Position numbers and translations under genes: made by a program | Origin: Candidatus Omnitrophota bacterium | GTDB lineage: Bacteria; Omnitrophota; Gorgyraeia; Zapsychrales; Fredricksoniimonadaceae | NCBI GenBank assembly: GCA_015228785.1 | Contig: JADGCU010000002.1 | Span: 16,509-80,508 of the forward strand | DNA length: 64,000 nt | Direction of reading: 5' to 3' | Notes under the pieces: generated by a model | Told to the model about the DNA's origin: nothing | The model's database searches: none | What the model saw: only the letters and a program-made list of their open reading frames with translations | Shown here: positions 58,083 through 64,000 of the stretch, piece after piece | How the letters are laid out: every line of letters starts with the position of its first letter | Position numbering within the stretch: the stretch's first letter is position 1

Positions 58083-58745
58083 ATGAGCATGTTAAAGCCA
58101 GGAAGAATTCTTTTAATGGGTGTATTTTTAGTAGGGGTTGTGGGGGCAGCGCATGCCGCTTCTGATGAGGATGTTGCTGCTCTCAAGAAACAGGTGGCTG
58201 AACTTCAGGCCAAGGTTGTGGTCCTTGAAAAGAAGCTCATTGATTCAAATGAGCCGGCAGGGGATCCTCTTGCTTATGAACTCATGGATCCTTTTTCTGA
58301 GATGAGAGCTATGCAACAGCAGATGGATGCTCTTATGGGGACGCAATTTGGCGGCTATGGTCCGGCTCGAGGGAGGGGATTTAGGGCCGTAGCCCCTCAG
58401 ATTACTTTTAATCCGGATTATGATATGAAGGAAACGGATAAGGCGTATGTGATCACCTTTGATATGCCGGGAATGGATAAGTCCAAGATCAATGTTGAGA
58501 TCAAGAATGGAGTTCTTGTCATCTCTGGTGAGAGATTATCGGAGTCGAAAGAATCTCAGGGAAACAAGGTTTATCGTCAGGAGAGAAGTTTTGGATATTT
58601 TTCTCGTGTCATTCCGTTGCCGAAGAATGCTAAGGCTGATTCGGTTCAGGCTAAGTATGATAATGGCGTTTTGATAGTCACGGTTGATAAGAAAGAAGTT
58701 CTGGCGCCAAAGGCTGAAGAGCAGAAAAAGATTGAAGTGAAGTAA
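58083..58745 (+). CDS. Hsp20-family protein with N-terminal signal peptide and coiled coil
   Basis: Signal ...VGAAHA|AS; DMPG, ERSFGYFSRVIPLP and NGVLIV. Confidence 0.88.
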   Translation: MSMLKPGRILLMGVFLVGVVGAAHAASDEDVAALKKQVAELQAKVVVLEKKLIDSNEPAGDPLAYELMDPFSEMRAMQQQMDALMGTQFGGYGPARGRGFRAVAPQITFNPDYDMKETDKAYVITFDMPGMDKSKINVEIKNGVLVISGERLSESKESQGNKVYRQERSFGYFSRVIPLPKNAKADSVQAKYDNGVLIVTVDKKEVLAPKAEEQKKIEVK

Positions 58746-58759
58746 AGGGTTTATCGGCC

Positions 58760-58802
58760 GTTGCTTGAGCCCGTTAAGAATTCTTCAGCGGGCTCAGGCG
58801 AC
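58760..58802 (+). terminator. Hairpin after the hsp20 pair
   Basis: GTTGCTTGAGCCCG...CGGGCTCAGGCGAC; no clear U-tract. Confidence 0.45.
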
Positions 58803-58868
58803 AAACGATACATAAAATTCTAATTTAAAGACCGTTCTTTGAAAGTTTGTATAACATTGATAAGTTGT

Positions 58869-58930
58869 TTGACACAGGAGTGTCTTTTTTTTATAATGCG
58901 CGCCTGGCAAACGATCGACAAGAGTGCTAA
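58869..58930 (+). promoter_or_regulatory. Consensus sigma70 promoter and CIRCE of the hrcA-grpE-dnaK-dnaJ operon
   Basis: TTGACA-17-TATAAT (58869-58897); CTGGCAAAC-N9-GAGTGCTAA (58904-58930). Confidence 0.85.
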
Positions 58931-59003
58931 ATCTCAGTTTTTTATTTGTGGCTTCTGGCATGGGCCAGTGGCAACCGGGAAAACACTATTGACAGGTGTG
59001 ATT

Positions 59004-59732
59004 ATGCGGACAGATCCTCAACACAGAAAAGATGCGGTCTTGGGAATTGTGGTCAAACAGTATATCCATACGATCACGCCCGTGAGCTCTGCGTTTATTG
59101 CTGATGAGTATGAACGTGATGTAAGTTCAGCGACCATTCGTAATATCCTTGTCGAGCTGGAGGCAGATGGATATTTGACGCATCCGCATACTTCTGCCGG
59201 GCGCATGCCTACTGAGCGCGGGTATCGCTATTATGTTGATTTCTTGATGCAGGAGATTGCACTTTTGGAGGAAGAACGTCATCGGGTTCACAGAGAATAT
59301 CAGGACGGGATCCAGGAACTGGAGGCGCTTGCTGAAAAGACGACGGAGATCGTTTCCGATTTAACGCATTGTGCAAGTATTGTCATGATTGACGGTCTTT
59401 CGCACGGGTATGTTTTTAGAGGATCAAATTATCTTGCTGAGGCGGTCGGAAGTTACAGTCTTCAGAAGATGGCGATGATCTTAAGGACCCTTGAGGAGAA
59501 AGAACGGATCCTTGAGGTTCTTCGTCGGGACCTGGATCGGAAGATCAAGATTTATATCGGGCAGGAAACGGCGTGTGAGGCCTTTGATGAGTGTGCGCTA
59601 GCGGTGTCGCGGTTTCAGACGCGTCGCGGTCCATCGGGACGCATTGCGGTTTTGGGGCCAACCCGGATGGATTATCAGCGTGTTGTGTCAGCTTTGGAAT
59701 ATGTGTCAGATGTTATTCATGAAATGATGTGA
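59004..59732 (+). CDS. hrcA: Heat-inducible repressor HrcA (short form, 242 aa)
   Basis: SSATIRN, HPHTSAGRMPT..GYRYYVD and LGPTRMDY. Confidence 0.93.
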   Translation: MRTDPQHRKDAVLGIVVKQYIHTITPVSSAFIADEYERDVSSATIRNILVELEADGYLTHPHTSAGRMPTERGYRYYVDFLMQEIALLEEERHRVHREYQDGIQELEALAEKTTEIVSDLTHCASIVMIDGLSHGYVFRGSNYLAEAVGSYSLQKMAMILRTLEEKERILEVLRRDLDRKIKIYIGQETACEAFDECALAVSRFQTRRGPSGRIAVLGPTRMDYQRVVSALEYVSDVIHEMM

Positions 59733-60292
59733 TGGAGATTATGTCAGAAGAAAAAGATATCAGCATTGATCCGCCCCCTGAGGGTGCGGAAACGCTTGAA
59801 AAGCTTCAGCAGGAATTGGGCGAGGCTAAGGATAAGTATATTCGTCTTTTTGCCGAGTTTGATAATATGCGCAAGCGTAATCAACGTGAGCGCGAGGAAC
59901 TGATCAAGTATGCCCATGAAGAGGTGATTATTGAACTTTTGAGTTTTTTTGAGGATTTTGAGCGGACGCTTGCGGCGGCTAAAACAAATCCTCTTGAAGG
60001 CGCTTCACTTGTGAAGGGCGTTGAGATGGTCATGAAGCGCATGCAGGATCTTTTAAGAAACTATGATGTGAAGGAGATAGAGGCCTTAGGTAAAAAGTTT
60101 GATCATAATCAGCATGAGGCTTTGATGGTCGTGGAATCAAATGATCATGAAGATGAGACCGTCATTGAAGTGTTTTCAAAGGGATATTTATTGGGCAATC
60201 GCGTGGCCAAGCCCGCTAAGGTTAAGGTGGCTCGTAAGCCTTCGGAGTCGTTGGAGGTTTCGGAAGAGAGCAAGGATTTAAAGGAGAAGTAA
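59729..60292 (+). CDS. grpE: Nucleotide exchange factor GrpE
   Basis: RLFAEFDNMRKR, FDHNQHEA and KGYLLGNRV. Confidence 0.95.
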   Translation: MMEIMSEEKDISIDPPPEGAETLEKLQQELGEAKDKYIRLFAEFDNMRKRNQREREELIKYAHEEVIIELLSFFEDFERTLAAAKTNPLEGASLVKGVEMVMKRMQDLLRNYDVKEIEALGKKFDHNQHEALMVVESNDHEDETVIEVFSKGYLLGNRVAKPAKVKVARKPSESLEVSEESKDLKEK

Positions 60293-60428
60293 AAAGGAAA
60301 AGCAGTTGTCAAGAATCAAGGATTTGGCAGGAACGGGCTTTGGATCCAGGCTCGTTCTTGATTAAAGCATGATAATTGATATCTGAAACAAACAGGAAGA
60401 ATAACTCAAGTTTTCAGGAGGTAGTGAT

Positions 60429-62336
60429 ATGGCAAAGTTTATTGGAATTGATTTAGGGACATCGAATTCAGCGGCTGCTGTTATGGAAGGCGGGCGTCCG
60501 GTTATTATCCCGTCAGCCGAAGGGGCCGGCGTGGCATCAGGAAAGGCGTTCCCGTCATTTGTAGCTTTTACCAAGGACGGGCAGAGGCTCGTCGGAGAAC
60601 CCGCGCGTCGTCAGGCGGCCATGAACTCGGAAGGGACCGTCTATGCGGCCAAGCGCAAGATGGGGACAGATCATAAGTTCAAGGTTCTGGGGACAGATTA
60701 CACGCCGCAACAGATCTCGGCGTTTATTCTTCAGAAGATCAAGGCGGATGCAGAGAAGTATCTTGGTGATACAGTCGAGGGCGCGGTTATTACGGTCCCG
60801 GCGTACTTCAATGACAATCAGCGTCAGGCGACTAAGGATGCTGGTGAGATCGCGGGGCTGAAGGTTCTTCGTATTATCAATGAACCCACAGCAGCGTGTC
60901 TGGCGTACGGCATTGAGAAGGCCGGCAAGGAACAAAAGATCATGGTGTTTGACTTAGGCGGTGGGACGCTGGATGTCACGATTCTTGAAATGGCCGAAGG
61001 GGGCACATTTGAGGTCCTTTCGACCAGCGGGGACAATCTTCTCGGTGGTACTGACATGGACAATTCTCTCATTGCGCATATAGTTGATGAGTTCCGCAAG
61101 GAAACGGGCGTAGATCTTTCCAAAGATAAATCAGCTTTTCAGCGTTTGCGTGAAGCTGCGGAGAAGGCCAAGGTGGAATTGTCTTCAACAATCCAGACGG
61201 ATATTAATCTTCCTTTTATTACGGCGGATGCCAATGGGCCGAAACATTTGACGCTCTCTTTGGATCGTGCGAAATTGGAAAGCTTGGTTGGCCCGATCGT
61301 GGATCGTTGTCGTGGGCCGATCCGTCAGGCCATGAAAGATGCGACAGCCAAGTTGGGGTCGGAAGTCAAGATCGATAAGATCATTATGGTTGGTGGTCCG
61401 ACACGTATGCCGATCGTTCAGGCATTTGTTGAAAAAGAAGTAGCCCAGAAGATTGAGCGGGGTGTGGATCCCATGGAGTGCGTGGCGTTAGGCGCTGCGG
61501 TTCAGGTCGGGATCATCAAGGGAGAAGTCAAGGATGTGCTCTTGCTTGATGTGACGCCGCTTTCTCTTGGCATTGAGACGTTGGGTGGGGTATTTACCAA
61601 GATTCTTGAGCGTAACACGACGATCCCTACCAAAAAGAGTCAGGTTTTTTCGACGGCAGAAGATAATCAGCCTGCGGTCACGATTCGTGTGCTTCAGGGT
61701 GAGCGCCAGATGTCGAATGACAATGTTGAGCTTGGTCGTTTTGATCTTATCGGGATTCCGCCAGCACCGCGCGGCGTGCCGCAGATCGAGGTCACCTTTG
61801 ACATTGACGTGAACGGGATCGTCCATGTTCATGCCAAGGACAAGGCGACCGGCAAGGAGCAGTCGATCCAGATCACTTCCCCCAAGAAGCTTTCGGAGGA
61901 TGAGATCAAGAAATTCGTTCAAGAGGCTGAGAAGTTTGCTGAGTCAGACAAGAAGCTCAAGGAAGAGGTTGAGCTTTTAAATCAGGCCAATACGCTTCTT
62001 TATTCGACAGAGAAAGCCCTTAAGGATTACGGCGACAAAGTTCCGCAGGCGGAGCGTGATACAATTCTCAAAGAGCTTGAGGAGCTCAAGCTTGCGATTA
62101 AGGACAAGGCCGCTGATCGGATCAAGTCCGGGATGGAGACGCTTCAGAAGGCGAGTCATAAATTGGCCGAGGAGATCTACAAGGCGAGTGCCCAGCAGCC
62201 AGGTGCTGGCGCAGAGCCCGGTGCCGGTCCACAGACCGAAACCATGAATCCCGGCGGACATGAGAAGAAGGAAAGTCCGTCAGGAGCAAAAGATGATATC
62301 ATCGACGCTGATTTTAAAGCGGAAGATGGCAAATAA
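60429..62336 (+). CDS. dnaK: Chaperone DnaK
   Basis: [19 protein letters not shown] and DVTPLSLG. Confidence 0.98.
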   Translation: MAKFIGIDLGTSNSAAAVMEGGRPVIIPSAEGAGVASGKAFPSFVAFTKDGQRLVGEPARRQAAMNSEGTVYAAKRKMGTDHKFKVLGTDYTPQQISAFILQKIKADAEKYLGDTVEGAVITVPAYFNDNQRQATKDAGEIAGLKVLRIINEPTAACLAYGIEKAGKEQKIMVFDLGGGTLDVTILEMAEGGTFEVLSTSGDNLLGGTDMDNSLIAHIVDEFRKETGVDLSKDKSAFQRLREAAEKAKVELSSTIQTDINLPFITADANGPKHLTLSLDRAKLESLVGPIVDRCRGPIRQAMKDATAKLGSEVKIDKIIMVGGPTRMPIVQAFVEKEVAQKIERGVDPMECVALGAAVQVGIIKGEVKDVLLLDVTPLSLGIETLGGVFTKILERNTTIPTKKSQVFSTAEDNQPAVTIRVLQGERQMSNDNVELGRFDLIGIPPAPRGVPQIEVTFDIDVNGIVHVHAKDKATGKEQSIQITSPKKLSEDEIKKFVQEAEKFAESDKKLKEEVELLNQANTLLYSTEKALKDYGDKVPQAERDTILKELEELKLAIKDKAADRIKSGMETLQKASHKLAEEIYKASAQQPGAGAEPGAGPQTETMNPGGHEKKESPSGAKDDIIDADFKAEDGK

Positions 62337-62343
62337 GGACGCC

Positions 62344-62411
62344 AGGCACATGGCACATGTCACAAGAAGTGCGGGAACTTTTGTGCTTCTTGTGTCATGC
62401 GCCTTGTGTTT
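62344..62411. repeat. Heptamer-periodic palindromic repeat
   Basis: AGGCACA TGGCACA TGTCACA ... TGTGTCA TGCGCCT TGTGTTT. Confidence 0.65.
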
Positions 62412-62423
62412 AGTGTTAGGGGC

Positions 62424-63548
62424 ATGAAAAAAGATTATTATGAAATTTTAGGCGTCAAGAAAGAAGCGAGTGCCGATGAGGTCAAAAAGGCCTATCGTCA
62501 GCTTGCACTTCGTTTCCATCCTGATCGCGTTGAGGAGCCTGAAAAGAAACAGGCTGAGGAGAGATTTAAAGAGATCTCGGAAGCCTACGGCGTTCTGTCA
62601 GATGCCAAGAAGCGCGAACTTTACGATCATCATGGGCATGCCGGGATCGATCAGAATTACACTTCCGAAGATATTTTCCGCGGGGCTGACTTTTCGAGTG
62701 TTTTTGGTGACGGCGGGATCGATGACATTTTGGGGCAGTTTTTTGGTGGTTCTATGGGCGGTGGCGGACGCCGGCGTCGGGGGCCGGCGCGCGGGCGCGA
62801 CATTCAATATGAAGCCGAGTTGACTCTCGAGGAAGCTTTTTCCGGGATCAAGAAGTCGATCAAGGTTCCGCGCAATGAAGTGTGTCGTGATTGCCAAGGG
62901 AATGGTGCCAAGAATGGATCGGCTCTTGCGAGTTGTCAGACTTGTGGTGGGCAGGGACAGGTCTTGATGAATAGCGGATTTTTTCGTATGGCCCAGACGT
63001 GTCCTAATTGCCGGGGTGCTGGTCAGATCATTAAGGAAAGTTGCCCGAGTTGCCAGGGGCGGGGATCAACCAAGCATGTTCGCAATATCGAGGTCACGTT
63101 TCCTAGGGGTGTGGACAATGACTCGCAGCTTCGCATTCGTGGAGAGGGTGAGATTGGCCCGGGTGGTTCAGGAGAGCTATATCTTTTTGTTCGCGTTAAG
63201 GAGCATCAGACATTTCGTCGTGCGGGCAATGACCTTGAGATCACAATGCCCGTGACGTTTGTGAAGGCCGCTCTCGGGGCTGATATTAGTGTTCCAACGG
63301 TCGAAGGTAATGTGACGATGAAGCTCCCACCCGGGACTGAGGGCGGAAAGGTCTTTCGTGTTAAAGGCCGGGGGATGCCGGACCTTCGTTCAGAGGAGCT
63401 CGGGGATCTTTATGTGCGCGTGATGATCGATGTGCCTAAGAAATTATCTGCTGATCAGAGGCGATTGCTGGAAGAGTTTGCCAGGGCCAGTGGTGAGAGT
63501 GTTGCGGGGGATGGATTAAAGGATAAGATAAAGAAAGTATTTAAATAG
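62424..63548 (+). CDS. dnaJ: Chaperone DnaJ
   Basis: J domain with HPD, G/F region, four CxxCxGxG repeats. Confidence 0.97.
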   Translation: MKKDYYEILGVKKEASADEVKKAYRQLALRFHPDRVEEPEKKQAEERFKEISEAYGVLSDAKKRELYDHHGHAGIDQNYTSEDIFRGADFSSVFGDGGIDDILGQFFGGSMGGGGRRRRGPARGRDIQYEAELTLEEAFSGIKKSIKVPRNEVCRDCQGNGAKNGSALASCQTCGGQGQVLMNSGFFRMAQTCPNCRGAGQIIKESCPSCQGRGSTKHVRNIEVTFPRGVDNDSQLRIRGEGEIGPGGSGELYLFVRVKEHQTFRRAGNDLEITMPVTFVKAALGADISVPTVEGNVTMKLPPGTEGGKVFRVKGRGMPDLRSEELGDLYVRVMIDVPKKLSADQRRLLEEFARASGESVAGDGLKDKIKKVFK

Positions 63549-63585
63549 GCACAAGATGCGGGGCACATGATGCCACTTGTGTCTT
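63547..63585. repeat. Heptamer-periodic palindromic repeat
   Basis: AGGCACA AGATGCG GGGCACA ... TGTGTCT. Confidence 0.5.
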
Positions 63586-63599
63586 TAAGGAGTTTTGTT

Positions 63600-63872
63600 A
63601 TGCCAACTTATGAATATGAATGTTCTGCCTGTGGCCATGCGTTTGAGGCGCTTCAGACCATGACTGAGGACAAGCTTAGCAAATGTCCTAAGTGTAAAAA
63701 GAACAAACTGGCGCGTCTGATCGGTAGCGGCAGTGGGGTTATTTTCAAGGGAACAGGGTTCTATGAGACAGATTATAAGAAAAAGTCGGAGTCAAAGCCT
63801 TCTTCAAAAGATGCACCGTGTGCTTCTGGCTCCTGTCCTATGAAATCTTCTGGGGGATGTGGCGCAAAATAG
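63600..63872 (+). CDS. FmdB-family zinc-ribbon protein
   Basis: MPTYEYECSACGH...CPKC...FKGTGFYETDY; SD AAGGAG. Confidence 0.9.
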   Translation: MPTYEYECSACGHAFEALQTMTEDKLSKCPKCKKNKLARLIGSGSGVIFKGTGFYETDYKKKSESKPSSKDAPCASGSCPMKSSGGCGAK

Positions 63873-63909
63873 CTCTTTTTTGTTCTTAAACTGAATTGAT
63901 TTGAAAAGA

Positions 63910-63940
63910 AGGGCTTCTTGAGAGAGCCCTTTTTTGTTTT
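63910..63940 (+). terminator. Intrinsic terminator
   Basis: AAGGGCTT...GAGCCCTT followed by a T-run. Confidence 0.75.
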
Positions 63941-64000
63941 AAGTGGCCTGAGCGCTGGCTTAGGAACGAAAAAGGGATGTTTTTTTGGGCTGAGATTGAC

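Noticed and set aside
59004-59732. hrcA as a pseudogene
   Set aside because: Intact frame with conserved N- and C-terminal motifs and two cognate CIRCE sites; more likely a naturally short form.
1-64000. Prophage, IS element, integron or defence island
   Set aside because: No integrase, transposase, phage structural or recognisable defence genes in the translations.

Overview
Bacterial chromosomal segment made mostly of housekeeping genes. Almost all genes are on the + strand, which is visibly G/T-rich, consistent with the leading strand. Gene content suggests a diderm organism, probably Candidatus Omnitrophota (PVC group); this is inference from recalled protein families, not a search. In order the window holds: an Mla/MCE-type ABC operon and MscS; a 1083-aa modular secreted protein; yggT-ybaB-PC4-like-greA; a sugar-modification/glycosyltransferase cluster with a pseudopilin; a hybrid histidine kinase and Hpt; DAHP synthase, ferritin, GH5, ABC-F/Smr, hemW and a ydbH-ynbE-ydbL-like operon; a purine operon (purB, C, L, Q, M, D, E) running into tsaC-PTP, rpiB, glyA, nrdR, a tRNA nucleotidyltransferase, a macro-Nudix fusion, miaA and hflX; and a heat-shock locus (HspR-like, two Hsp20, hrcA, grpE, dnaK, dnaJ) with two CIRCE sites. 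No rRNA, tRNA, CRISPR array or mobile element was recognised. The most notable candidates are: (1) the 1083-aa protein, which looks like a polyprotein with repeated E-x-A-M junctions and internal signal peptides; (2) two unannotated, independently transcribed histone-H1-like Lys-rich microprotein genes; (3) a highly structured ~170-nt leader RNA; (4) a dispersed family of heptamer-periodic hairpins; (5) a signal-peptide-bearing Hsp20 and an archaeal-like DnaK.
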